The position numbers were made by a program, and so were the translations under genes. A stretch of 64,000 nucleotides of DNA from an uncultured Verrucomicrobiae bacterium (GTDB lineage Bacteria; Verrucomicrobiota; Verrucomicrobiia; Palsa-1439): positions 512,001 through 576,000 of the forward strand of contig CAWEWF010000001.1 in assembly GCA_963812605.1 (NCBI GenBank), written 5' to 3'. The notes under the pieces were generated by a model. That model was not told the DNA's origin, did not search any database, and worked only from the letters and a program-made list of their open reading frames with translations. Below, piece after piece: positions 1-10,324 of this stretch. The stretch's first letter is position 1. Every line of letters starts with the position of its first letter.

Positions 1-416
1 GCACGGTGGACATCCCGTTGCTGGCGATGGAATTCCTGCGACGATTTTCCCGGCAGAACGGCAAGGACCTGCGCGGATTCACCGACGCCGCTATCGACGT
101 GCTGTGCCGTTACAATTGGTCCGGCAACGTGCGCGAGTTGGAAAACGTTGTCCTGCAAGCGGTGGTGCTCGCCAAATCCTCGCTTATCGATGCCAGCGAT
201 TTGCCCAAGCGGATTACGGAATCCAAACCCGTGCTGGGGTCGCAGTCGGCGGCGCTGGCCGACCAGTTGGGAGAACCCGAGAAACAAATTCTCATCAATG
301 CGCTCCGCCAGCACTCAGGCAACATCAAGCGCACCGCCGAAGCCCTGCAAATCAGCCGCACGACGCTCTACGCCAAGTTGAAAAAATATCAGATCGACCC
401 CGATGCAATCCGCTGA
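1..416 (+). CDS. Sigma-54-dependent transcriptional activator (NtrC/AtoC family), C-terminal part; 5' end lies outside the window
   Basis: AAA+ tail YNWSGNVRELENVV and Fis-type HTH GNIKRTAEALQISRTTLYAKLKKY. Confidence 0.92.
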   Translation, partial: TVDIPLLAMEFLRRFSRQNGKDLRGFTDAAIDVLCRYNWSGNVRELENVVLQAVVLAKSSLIDASDLPKRITESKPVLGSQSAALADQLGEPEKQILINALRQHSGNIKRTAEALQISRTTLYAKLKKYQIDPDAIR

Positions 417-423
417 ACGCGGC

Positions 424-1926
424 TCATTTGGACCGGCGGGAATAGATGGCCGCGACCTCATCCGTGTACGACAGGCTCCAATCCTTGTGCAGCGCCAGCA
501 ACTCATTTAGCGGATGCGCGCGCGGAAGAAACGTCCAATCGACCTTGTACTTGCGCAGGACATCTTCCCAGCCGGGATGAGCCTGGTTTACGGTGTCGAA
601 ATCCCGGATGAGTTCCGGACCGTAGAAGTCGTTGCGGCCGTCCACGAACACCCTATGCTCGGGCATCACCAACACCAGGTAGCCGCCCCAACCGTAGTCG
701 TTGAACATCTCGCCACTCACAGCGCGGGGATTAGCGGTGACGAACCGGGTTGCGGCAACTGGGAAATAAGCGGGGAGGATCTCGGTGACCACGATGGGCC
801 GGCCGCCGAAGAGTGTTGGTTTGGCGAGAACTCCGAGCAACGCGATGAGAACGACGACCACCATCACGCATCCGTTGGTCGAGTGGTCGACCCGGCTCAC
901 GTTCGCGGAAAGTCTGCGATACCATTCCATTATGCGGCCGGGACCCGCCCTGTGAATGGCTGCCTGCCAATGCTCGGCGAGGATTGGGGTGACAACAATG
1001 GCGAAGATGGGCACATTGCGCACGGTTTGGAGCGCGAGGTGGCCCCACACACTGACCAACAGCACATCGGTCGCGTGAAGCCGTGGGCGCGCCACAATCA
1101 GCAGTACGGCCAACACGAGCAATTGCAACAAGAAGCCGCCCATCGCGGCCGAGTGAAAGCTCGGTGAGCGGAACTCGTTGGTGAACTTCGCAAGCACGGG
1201 CTCGCGCAAAAACTGCACGATGTGCGTGTGCAAGTGCCAGCCGTTCGGATTGATAAGCGAGGCCGCCACGCAGGCCACCCCCGTGATTACGAAGATCGCC
1301 GCCTTTTTTGGTTGGGCAAGATTCCCGGCGGCATAGATGCCGAGCATTACGAAGCCCGTAAAAAACGCCCCGTGAAGGTTCGCCCACAGCGTCATTAGCG
1401 GAATAAGCGGTCCCAACAACCGTAACACCCCCGCCTCGGGATGGCGGTCGAACGCGCGCAACCGCCAAGCGAATACAACGGTGAGCAGAAGCGTTATCAG
1501 ATGCGGTCGGGCCAGCCAATGATGTGTGGAGGCCAGCGCCGCCAGGAGCACAAGACCCGTTGCGAGCAACGACTCACAGTCTTCCGCCACCAGCCAACGA
1601 TACAACAGCCACAGCGTCGTCGCGATCAACAGCGCCCCCACTAATACCGCGCCGTTCCAGCCGAGCTTGTTGCCGGCGGCGGCGAAGATTACTTCGCTGA
1701 GCCACTCTTTTGAGATTAGCGGCGCGCCGAACCGGGTGTGAGAGAATTGGTCGACGCGAATCACGGCGCGGTGCTCGATCATCCACTGGCCGATCCGCCA
1801 ATGGAGGGATGGGTCGCCATCCGCATTGATCATGACCAGCCGCCAGTTCGACAAGCACAGGATGAGCAACACCACCAGCCAGATCATGGCGCCCAGCGAT
1901 GGCAGCAGCCAGCGGCGTGCGTTCAG
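424..1926 (-). CDS. GT-C-fold membrane glycosyltransferase-like protein, paralog 5 of 5 in transcription order
   Basis: Polytopic; motifs DGDPSLHWRIG, WLARPHL, WANLHGAF, NPNG, TNEFRSP, MFNDYGWGGYL, VFVDGRND. The conserved RWLLPSL N-terminus lies upstream of the ATG at 1887, so the start is probably CTG at 1926. Confidence 0.75.
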   Translation of the reverse strand: MNARRWLLPSLGAMIWLVVLLILCLSNWRLVMINADGDPSLHWRIGQWMIEHRAVIRVDQFSHTRFGAPLISKEWLSEVIFAAAGNKLGWNGAVLVGALLIATTLWLLYRWLVAEDCESLLATGLVLLAALASTHHWLARPHLITLLLTVVFAWRLRAFDRHPEAGVLRLLGPLIPLMTLWANLHGAFFTGFVMLGIYAAGNLAQPKKAAIFVITGVACVAASLINPNGWHLHTHIVQFLREPVLAKFTNEFRSPSFHSAAMGGFLLQLLVLAVLLIVARPRLHATDVLLVSVWGHLALQTVRNVPIFAIVVTPILAEHWQAAIHRAGPGRIMEWYRRLSANVSRVDHSTNGCVMVVVVLIALLGVLAKPTLFGGRPIVVTEILPAYFPVAATRFVTANPRAVSGEMFNDYGWGGYLVLVMPEHRVFVDGRNDFYGPELIRDFDTVNQAHPGWEDVLRKYKVDWTFLPRAHPLNELLALHKDWSLSYTDEVAAIYSRRSK

Positions 1927-3482
1927 GGGATCCTCCCATAAATAGTGGCGACCGGATCGCTATAGACCAGTCTCCAATCGACGCGCTGGGCCAACACACG
2001 GTTCAGTGGGTGCTCTGGTGGCAGAATAGTCCAGTCGACCTGATACTTCTTCAAGATGTCTTCCCAACCGGGCTCGACGCTATTCACATGAACGAAGTCC
2101 CTGACAACTTCTTCTCCGTAAGCATCCAGGTTGGGATGGAGGAAGACCTTTCGCTCGGGCATCGCCAGGATGAAATAACCGCCCCACGTGTATTCGTTGA
2201 ACATGTTACCACGCACCGCCGTGGGGGACCGGCGCAGGAATTCAACGGCGCCGGCGGGAAACCGGCTGGCGGGAAGTTCCGTAGCCAGGAGCGGCGGGCC
2301 ACCGAAAAGTTGGGGCTTGGCCAGCACCACAATCATGGCGATCACGGCCAGCCCGGGCAGGCCCCTGGCTCCGGCCATTTGATCCACGGAGATCAAGCGC
2401 GCGGAAAGGTCCCGGTAGCGTTGAAGAATGCGAGACCGGGTTGCGGTGCGCAGGCAGGCATTCCAGTGTTCCGCAAGGATCGGTGTGACCACGATGGCGA
2501 AGAGCGGCCCATTGCGCACCATGCGTAGTGAAAGGACCAGCCAGGCTACCAGCAACAGTCCGTCCGTTACGCGCAAGCGCGGCCGTGCGATTACCAGCAG
2601 TAACAGCACTACGAGCAACAGGATGACGAATGGCACCGTACTGGGACCATGGAAATCCGGCGGGAGATATTCTTGCGCAAATCCCATCAGCAGCGGGCTC
2701 CGCATGTAGCGGAAGATTTGGACGGGGAGATGCCAGCCATTGGGGTTCAGTAGCGAAGCCAGAAAACAGGCCATACCCAGCGCCGTCAGTACCGTTACCC
2801 GCCGGCATAACGCCGGGCGTTGGTCCGCAGCCGCGCGGGCCCAATTCACGACCGTACCGATCCAGTGGATTCCGATCAGCACGAACGCGAAGACGAAAGC
2901 CCCGTGCAGATTGGCCCACAACGCCGTCAGCAAGGGCAGGAGAATCAGCAAGTGGCACGCTGTCGTACGTCCGCGCTCGAACCATCGTAATTGCCACGCG
3001 AAGACGAGCACCAGGAGTTGCGTCGCCAGATGCGGCCGGGGCAGCCAATGCGTCACACACACGGCGGCCGCCAGCAGCGTCAGCAGCGTGGCCAGCAGGA
3101 GTTCATTGCCTTCGGCGAGCAACTGCCGGTGCAACAGCCACACCACCGTGGCGCAGACCACCGAAGCCACGAGGACGATACCGCCCCAACCGAGGAGGTT
3201 ACCCGCGAGCGCGGTCACGATCTCGCTCAGCCACCACAAATTCACCAGCGGTGCGCCTCCGCGGGTGTGTGAGAATAATTCAGTTCGCAGAATCGCGTGA
3301 TGTTGCAACATCCAGTTCCCCTGCTGCCAGTGCCAGCAGGGGTCGGAGTCGGAGGCGACCATTGTCACGCGAGCGGCCGTTAGATTCGCCGCGAGAAAGA
3401 AAACCAACCAGAGGACTGTGCTGACGGATGGCAACCACCATTGGCGGTGTGGAGGCGAACGTTCGATGACGGGAGAGTTCAT
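1923..3482 (-). CDS. GT-C-fold membrane glycosyltransferase-like protein, paralog 4
   Basis: DSDPCWHWQQG, WLPRPHL, WANLHGAF, AQEYLPP, MFNEYTWGGYF; ATGA overlap with the upstream paralog. Confidence 0.78.
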   Translation of the reverse strand: MNSPVIERSPPHRQWWLPSVSTVLWLVFFLAANLTAARVTMVASDSDPCWHWQQGNWMLQHHAILRTELFSHTRGGAPLVNLWWLSEIVTALAGNLLGWGGIVLVASVVCATVVWLLHRQLLAEGNELLLATLLTLLAAAVCVTHWLPRPHLATQLLVLVFAWQLRWFERGRTTACHLLILLPLLTALWANLHGAFVFAFVLIGIHWIGTVVNWARAAADQRPALCRRVTVLTALGMACFLASLLNPNGWHLPVQIFRYMRSPLLMGFAQEYLPPDFHGPSTVPFVILLLVVLLLLVIARPRLRVTDGLLLVAWLVLSLRMVRNGPLFAIVVTPILAEHWNACLRTATRSRILQRYRDLSARLISVDQMAGARGLPGLAVIAMIVVLAKPQLFGGPPLLATELPASRFPAGAVEFLRRSPTAVRGNMFNEYTWGGYFILAMPERKVFLHPNLDAYGEEVVRDFVHVNSVEPGWEDILKKYQVDWTILPPEHPLNRVLAQRVDWRLVYSDPVATIYGRIP

Positions 3483-5008
3483 GAGCGGTTACGCAAAAAG
3501 ACCATGGTTTGCTGGTTGGAGAAAACCAATTGCCAATCCGTCCGCATTTCCAAAATGCGATTTAGCGGATGCTGCACGGGCAGGAGCGTCCAGCCGACAT
3601 GATATTTCCCGAGCACATTCTCCCAGGCGGGCGTCAGATGGGAGACGTCGGTGAATTCGTGGAGGAAAGCCGCGTCGTAAAAATCGTCGCGACCGTCGAT
3701 GAACACCTTGTGTTCCGGCAGGTAAAGGATGAGGTAGCCGCCCCAGCCGTCTTCGTTGAACATTTCGCCATGGACCGCCTGTGGATGCGCTCGCAGGTAA
3801 TTCACCGTTGCCACCGGAAACCGATTCGCCGAAATCTCCGTCTCCACCATTGGCTGGCCGCCGACGAATACGGGCTTCGCAAGGACGAACAGCATGGCCG
3901 CCAGGACCGTCGCCACCAGGCCGTTGCCGCCCGCGGCGCGATTCAACAAGCCCACGTCGTTCGAGACTCGGCGAAACCAGCGGCTCCCTGGCGAGTCACG
4001 CGTATCCCGCCAGCCGGCGGACAGGTGCTCGGCAAAAATTGGCGTGGCGATCAGCGCGAAAATCGGCACGTTACGCATGGCGTTCAGCCCCGAGTATAAC
4101 CAGAAGGCAACGAGAAGGAGATCGGTGGTTGCCCAGGGCCGGCGGACGACGATGAGCATCAATCCCAGCACCAATAACTGCAGGGCGAAGCCGTGCATCC
4201 CGGCGAAGTGAAAATTGGCGGAGTTCCATTCGCCCGTAAAATGCGCCCGCGTGGAGTTCCACAGGAAACCGAGCAGGTGCTGGTGAAGTTTCCACCCGTT
4301 CGGGTTCAGGAGCGTGGCCAGCGCGCAGGTCGCCCCCAGAATTCCCAGTGTCATTGCGCGGCGGCGCAACGCGGGCTGAAAAACGGCCCCGACGAAATGG
4401 ATGCCGATGAGGATGAGTCCCGCGAGAAATCCACCATGGAGATTTGTCCATAACACGATCAACGGCACCAGCCAGAGGAAAAGTTGGCGTGTGTTCACGA
4501 GATCACGATCAAACCAGCGGAGTTGCCGCTCGAAGATGACTACAAACAGCAGCGTGTACAAATGCGGTCGCGCCAGCCAGTGCGTCGAGCAGGCCAGCGC
4601 CGCCAGCATGACCAACGCCGTCGAAATCAATGTGTCGCTTCCCTCCGCCAGCAGTTGTCGGTGGAGCAACGTCAGGGTGGTCGCAATGACCAGGGCGGCG
4701 ATCAGCACCACGCCGTTCCAGCCCAACGAGTTTCCCGCCGCGGCAAAGAGCACTTCGCTCAGCCATTCCTTGGTAATGAACGGCGCGCTTGGGCGGGTGT
4801 GGGAGAACAGGTCACTGCGCATGATGGCGTGATGTTCGATCATCCAGCTACCGGTGCGCCAATGCCAACACGGGTCGCCATCGGCATTGATGAGCACCTG
4901 GCGCCACCCGGTCAGCAGGATCGCCAGGAAGAACGTGATCCAGAGGAACTGCGTGAGCGACGGCAGCCACCAGTGGCGGCGGGGGGCGATGACGGCGTCG
5001 TTGCTCAT
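3479..5008 (-). CDS. GT-C-fold membrane glycosyltransferase-like protein, paralog 3
   Basis: Start MSNDAV at 5008 (ATGA overlap); DGDPCWHWRTG, WLARPHL, WTNLHGGF, TGEWNSA, MFNEDGWGGYL, VFIDGRDD. Confidence 0.78.
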   Translation of the reverse strand: MSNDAVIAPRRHWWLPSLTQFLWITFFLAILLTGWRQVLINADGDPCWHWRTGSWMIEHHAIMRSDLFSHTRPSAPFITKEWLSEVLFAAAGNSLGWNGVVLIAALVIATTLTLLHRQLLAEGSDTLISTALVMLAALACSTHWLARPHLYTLLFVVIFERQLRWFDRDLVNTRQLFLWLVPLIVLWTNLHGGFLAGLILIGIHFVGAVFQPALRRRAMTLGILGATCALATLLNPNGWKLHQHLLGFLWNSTRAHFTGEWNSANFHFAGMHGFALQLLVLGLMLIVVRRPWATTDLLLVAFWLYSGLNAMRNVPIFALIATPIFAEHLSAGWRDTRDSPGSRWFRRVSNDVGLLNRAAGGNGLVATVLAAMLFVLAKPVFVGGQPMVETEISANRFPVATVNYLRAHPQAVHGEMFNEDGWGGYLILYLPEHKVFIDGRDDFYDAAFLHEFTDVSHLTPAWENVLGKYHVGWTLLPVQHPLNRILEMRTDWQLVFSNQQTMVFLRNRS

Positions 5009-6516
5009 GACAGGTGCGAGAAGACCAGCGCTTGTTGATTGGAGAAGACCAGGCTCCAGTGCGGGCTCAGTTCGAGGATGCGATTCAGCGGATGCTGTAC
5101 GGGCAGGATTGTCCAACCGATGCGGTATTTCGCAAAGACAGCTTCCCAACCGCGTTGCGGCACGTCCATCGTTTGGAAATCTCGCAACAATTCGACGCTA
5201 TAAAACTCCGCGTCGAAGAATGGCTTCCGCTCCGGCAACGCAAACTCGAGATAGCCGCCCCATAAGAAGGTATTGAACATTTCCCCGTGGATGATTTCGG
5301 GGTGCTCCCGCAGGTAGGCCACCGCATCGGTCGGATAACGACTTGCCGGAAACCCGGTCGTCAACGCCGATTTGGCGAGAATCAACAGCACACAGAGAAG
5401 CGCCGCGGCAATGGGCAGGGCGCTACCCGCCGCGCGATCGAGGGCCGTTACCCGCACGGCCCACACGTGGTAGCCTTGCCACCATGACGAAGGGAGTTCG
5501 GTCCGCACGAAATCCGTGAGCCAATGCGCCAGCAGGGGAGTGACGAGCAGCACGAAGATCGGGACATTGCGAGCGGAGAACAACGCGAGGCAACCCCAGC
5601 CGCCCACCAGCAGGACATCGGTCGCGTCCAATGACGGATGCACCACCATCAACGTCACGCCCAGCAGGAGCAACAGCAACAGGAAGCCTCGCATGCCGAC
5701 CGTGTGAAAATTCGGCGACGCGAATTCGGTCGTGAGATCCGCCAGTTCCGGTGAACGCAAGAAACCGAGAATCTGCGCGTGCAGCTTCCAGCCGTTCGGG
5801 TTCACGAACGACGCGGCGAAACAAGTCAATAGCAACACAGCAAGCGTTTTCGACATTGTGTATAAGCCGGATCGCCGCCACGCGGTACAGGCGGAGCCGA
5901 GGGCATACATGGCAATGAGCACCAAGCCCGTCATGAACGCGCCGTGCAGGTTGGCCCACAAGATCATCAATGGCGGCAAGGACAGGAACACTTGCTGCGC
6001 GGATGCGCGTCCCTGTTGGAACCGGCGCAATTGCCAGGCAAACACCAGCGTTAGCAAGTGGGTGAACAACAGTGGGCGCGCCAGCCAATGCATCGAGCCG
6101 GCGAGCATGGCCACGAGAACCAAAACCGTCGCGAGCAGGGGGTCGCAACCGTCCGCCAGCAATTGGCGGTGAAGCAGCCAGTAGATGGTGGCAATCAGCG
6201 TGGCGGCGACAAGAACGACTCCATTCCAGCCAAACTGATCACCCGCCGCCGCGTACACCACTTCGCTGAGCCACTCCATCGACACAAACGATCCCTGATG
6301 CGTATGAAGGACGTTGTTTTCCCGGACAATTGTATGATGCTGGATCGTTAATTCGCCGAATCGGCGATGCCAGGCGGGATCGCTGTCAGCACTGATGAGG
6401 ACGATGCGGGCACTGGTCAGATTCAACCCGAGAAAGAGCATGATCCAGATCATCGCGCTCAGCGACGGAAGCCACGCGCGGGCGCGGATGTCGTGGTGGG
6501 GCGAAGCGTCCTTCAC
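5005..6516 (-). CDS. GT-C-fold membrane glycosyltransferase-like protein, paralog 2
   Basis: Probable GTG start at 6516 (GTGA overlap); DSDPAWHRRFG, WANLHGAF, TTEFASP, MFNTFLWGGYL. Confidence 0.77.
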   Translation of the reverse strand: MKDASPHHDIRARAWLPSLSAMIWIMLFLGLNLTSARIVLISADSDPAWHRRFGELTIQHHTIVRENNVLHTHQGSFVSMEWLSEVVYAAAGDQFGWNGVVLVAATLIATIYWLLHRQLLADGCDPLLATVLVLVAMLAGSMHWLARPLLFTHLLTLVFAWQLRRFQQGRASAQQVFLSLPPLMILWANLHGAFMTGLVLIAMYALGSACTAWRRSGLYTMSKTLAVLLLTCFAASFVNPNGWKLHAQILGFLRSPELADLTTEFASPNFHTVGMRGFLLLLLLLGVTLMVVHPSLDATDVLLVGGWGCLALFSARNVPIFVLLVTPLLAHWLTDFVRTELPSSWWQGYHVWAVRVTALDRAAGSALPIAAALLCVLLILAKSALTTGFPASRYPTDAVAYLREHPEIIHGEMFNTFLWGGYLEFALPERKPFFDAEFYSVELLRDFQTMDVPQRGWEAVFAKYRIGWTILPVQHPLNRILELSPHWSLVFSNQQALVFSHLS

Positions 6517-8055
6517 GGTTGTTTGCGGAAAATGGTCGCGACCTCGTTGGAGTAAACGCATTGCCAATCCGGCAGCAGGGCGAGCGCCAGATTCAGGCGG
6601 TGCTCGGTGGGCAGCAGCGTCCAGCTCACGTGGTATTGCTCGAGGGCCTGCATCCAGTTGGTTCGCAGCGCCGAGGTGTCGTCATATTGACGAATCAACG
6701 ATTCCCCGTAGAAATCCGTGCGGCCATCCACAAACACGCGATGTTCCGGCAGGGCGTGCAGCAAATACCCGCCCCAGACGTACTGGTTGAACATATTGCC
6801 CTTGAATTGCTCGGGATGCATCCGGATGTAATCGACCGCCGCGACCGGCCATTTTTTTGGCGGCATCTCGGTCGGGCGCGGAAAGCCCGCGATGGCGACC
6901 AGCGCGGCCACCCCGACGAGCAGCCCGCCGCGCGATACCGCATGCGTTTCGCCCAGCCGATTCGACAACCGCCGCACCCAGGCCGGCGAACCGTCGGCGA
7001 GCGCGGTGGCGAGAATCGGCGCCACAAAGATCGCCAGCAACGGGACATTGCGTCCCACGTAGAGGGCCAGATACGTCCAGACGATCAACATCAGCCCGGC
7101 GGTTGGCGACAACCGCGGCCGCACCAGCGCCAATGTCAGAAATGTGACCCCCAGCCAGGCAAGAAACCCGCGCGAGTCGGCCTCGTGGAAATTGGAAGAG
7201 GCGTATTCGGCCAGCCAGTTTGTCAGGTAATCGGAGTGGAGAAACTCAAGATTGAGCAGATGCAGTCGGTAACCGTTCGGATTCACCAGTGAAACCAATC
7301 CGCACAGCACGATGACACCCGTGAGTGCCCGAAGCTTCTGTCGCGCCGCGAGCCAGCGGGCGGGGTCGGTCCGCCCCAGAAACAGCTCGATCACGGCGCC
7401 GAGCCAGTACACACCCAAGCGTGATGAAGCCGGCGAGATAACCGCCATGGAAATTAACCCACAACAGTGTCAGCACGCCGAGAACGATGCCCAACCGGCG
7501 GGCCGACCCATCGCGTTCGAAACGGCGCAGGGCGTCGCACCAGAGCACGGCGAACAGAAAACTGAAGGCATGCGGTCGCGCGAGCCAGTGCGTGCAGGCG
7601 GCCCAGGCAGCGAGCAAGGCGACGAAAATCGCCACCGCATGATTGCCTGTCTCGCGCAATAATTGACGATGGAGCAGGGCGAAGGTCGTGGCGATCAACA
7701 ACGCGGCGACGACGACCAGTCCATATAATCCCGCCACGCGACCCGCGAGAGCGAAAATGAGTTCCGACAGCCATTCCTTCGAGACGATGGGCTCGCCGTA
7801 GCGCGTGTGCGAAAAGACATCGGTGCGAATCGGGATGTGACCCGTTTCCAGCATGTATTCACCGACACGCCAATGCAGACACGGGTCACCGTCACTGGCG
7901 ACCATCATGGTGCGCCACGGTTGCGCCAGCAGGATCAACAGGATCGTCAACCACAACCACTGGGTGAGCGACGGCATCAGCCACGGCAATACGCCACTGC
8001 GTGACAAGGGTGGGGAAGGTGGCTCCGCTTCGGATGGATTAGCGTTCGCAGCCAT
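6513..8055 (-). CDS. GT-C-fold membrane glycosyltransferase-like protein, paralog 1 (one frameshift near 7415)
   Basis: N-half in ORF 7246..8358 from MAANANP (DGDPCLHWRVG, WVNFHGGY); C-half in ORF 6513..7448 (NPNG, LAEYASS, MFNQYVWGGYL). An extra G in a GGG run accounts for the break. Confidence 0.75.
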
Positions 8056-8087
8056 GGCGCGCAGCTTACGAAGCGCCGCCGCAATGT

Positions 8088-10226
8088 TCAACGCCGAACT
8101 GCGGCGGGGCGGCGCAGAATCGCGGCCAAATAAAACAGGCCGACGAGAATGACCAGCGCGCGGATGCCCGTGACGAACGACAGCGATTCCAGCAGGCCGC
8201 CGACCAGCGCGCCGATGAGGTTCGACCCGAGCGCCCGGGCCTTGTCCGTACAAATGGCGAAGGACTGGATGAAGATCAGCCCCGCGAAGAACACGGGCGC
8301 GGTGAGGAAGGCGCTGGCCGCGATGAGCTTGGTGATTCCCGTCAACGCGTTGAACCAATCGAGCGGGACCAACGCCAGCAGGGCCACGGTGAGCGCAAGG
8401 CCGGCGATGATCGCCCCTTGCGGCAGACGCGGCCAGCGCCAGGCCACGAGGTTCGACAACAAGATCATCACCAGCACCGCCGAGATGACGATGGCGTTGA
8501 CGATCCAGGTCATGCCGAACAATAACGTCGCGCGGCTGACGGTTTGCACTTCCAACAGCAAGAACGCCGCGCCCAACGCGAAGAAATGCCAGTCGAGTTT
8601 CGGGTTCAGGTCGAGCACACGCCGTCGCGCCAGCCAGAAACCGGCCGGGATGGCAAGGGTGACCAGCAGATGCAGTTTCGGGATCTTGGCGTGCTGCAGG
8701 TAAAGATACGGCCAGTCATCGGTGGTCACGCGGGTCGTGCCGGGCAAATGCTGTTCATGGGAGCGGATGAATTCACGCAAGGAAGCGTCGGCCACATCAT
8801 CGACACGGAGCGGCTTGTTGCCGCAGACGAGCGTGAGGTTGCCGCCGCCACCGCACTGGCGGGGGACTTCCGGCACGGAATACGCAATCGGATCATGCCC
8901 AAACACCTCGCGCACCACCCTTGCCAGACGATCGGCGATCCACCAGCGTTCGGAGCCGAAGCTGAGAATGACGATTCCGTCCGGCGCGAGCAGGCGACGC
9001 GCTTCCTCGATGCTCTCCCGTGTGTACACATAGTGATCGAGACGCAGGTTGTTGTAGGAGGAGCCCAGTGTGTGCGAGTCGAGCCAGCCGAACCAGACGA
9101 CGTCGTATCCGCCGGTCGCCTGTTTGAAATAAGCGCGGGCGTCGTTGAGCACCATGTGCACGCGCGGTGAATCGTAGGGATGTTCCGGATGGAGCTCCCT
9201 ACCCAGCGCGTAGATTTGCGGGTCGATTTCCACGCAATCGATTTGCCCAGCGCCATGGCGCAGCGCGGCTGCCGCGTCGTTGCCGCTTCCTGCGCCGACA
9301 ATCAACATCCGGCGAACCACGGGCTTGAAACAGAAAGGAAGGTTGTAGTGGCTGCGCGCGACCAGGTACGGATCGAGAATGTCCGCGTGCGCGTGGACAA
9401 AGTCGTCGGAGAGATTGAGCATCTGCTGGTAGAACGTGCCGTTGACATCCATGGCGTAGCCTTGCACGACGTGGTTCGTGCCGGGATCAGCATAGGACAA
9501 TTGCAAGGTCAGCCGATGATATGGCGACCAGACGGTCCGCCAGGACGGCTCCTGGCCCAGCCACACGACAAGAGAAGCCAGCGCCGTCAGGGCCACGGCT
9601 GTCCATGAGCCCGGTTGTCGTCCCACGAGCGCCAGGGCCGCGACCAGGCCGGCGGCCACGGCAAACCAAATGGTCGGGGTAAGCGAGGCCCAACTCAACG
9701 CGTTGAACAACCAGATGCCCGCGAGACTGCCGAGAATATTGGCGGAGTACGCTCGAATGGTCCGCGGGTGCTTCTCGAACCCGCGCCCCAGCAACTGGCC
9801 GGCCGGGACAAAGGTGAACGCAACCAGATAGGTCAACACGGCGACGACAATCAAACCACAGAGGATTTGAACGGTCGTCAATCGGAAGCCAACCAGCCAG
9901 AGCGGCGAATCCTCAAATCCGCTCAGTACATAGGAGGTATTGTGGATGTTTAGCGCCTCGAGATGCAGGGGGTTGGCGACAAGCGTCACCAGCAGGAGCA
10001 GATTCGCACCAAGCCGAACCAGGGACACGGGCCGCGACCCGAGATAGCAACCCAGACCGGTTCCAAAAAAACACACGACCAAAATGAGATTCCCCAGATA
10101 GGCAAATACGCGGATCTCGGTGCCAATCCAGCGGATCAACAGCAGTTCCGCGAACAAGATGAACGCGCCCAGCAGGAACAGCTCCATATCATTTTTGAGA
10201 AGGGAGCGTTCAAGCGGGTCACTCAT
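8088..10226 (-). CDS. Membrane-embedded spermidine-synthase-like SAM-dependent transferase
   Basis: N- and C-terminal TM bundles flank a class I SAM fold: LIVGAGSGND, CVEIDP, NDARAY, YDVVWF; also TTDDWPYLY. Confidence 0.8.
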   Translation of the reverse strand: MSDPLERSLLKNDMELFLLGAFILFAELLLIRWIGTEIRVFAYLGNLILVVCFFGTGLGCYLGSRPVSLVRLGANLLLLVTLVANPLHLEALNIHNTSYVLSGFEDSPLWLVGFRLTTVQILCGLIVVAVLTYLVAFTFVPAGQLLGRGFEKHPRTIRAYSANILGSLAGIWLFNALSWASLTPTIWFAVAAGLVAALALVGRQPGSWTAVALTALASLVVWLGQEPSWRTVWSPYHRLTLQLSYADPGTNHVVQGYAMDVNGTFYQQMLNLSDDFVHAHADILDPYLVARSHYNLPFCFKPVVRRMLIVGAGSGNDAAAALRHGAGQIDCVEIDPQIYALGRELHPEHPYDSPRVHMVLNDARAYFKQATGGYDVVWFGWLDSHTLGSSYNNLRLDHYVYTRESIEEARRLLAPDGIVILSFGSERWWIADRLARVVREVFGHDPIAYSVPEVPRQCGGGGNLTLVCGNKPLRVDDVADASLREFIRSHEQHLPGTTRVTTDDWPYLYLQHAKIPKLHLLVTLAIPAGFWLARRRVLDLNPKLDWHFFALGAAFLLLEVQTVSRATLLFGMTWIVNAIVISAVLVMILLSNLVAWRWPRLPQGAIIAGLALTVALLALVPLDWFNALTGITKLIAASAFLTAPVFFAGLIFIQSFAICTDKARALGSNLIGALVGGLLESLSFVTGIRALVILVGLFYLAAILRRPAAVRR

Positions 10227-10324
10227 GCACAGCCGATTGAAACAGAGGCAGCGCGTTGTCGCAACCATCCTTTCACAGTTTGCGCTAGAGCTACCCCGGC
10301 AACTCTGCTAGTGGAAGGAGACGC

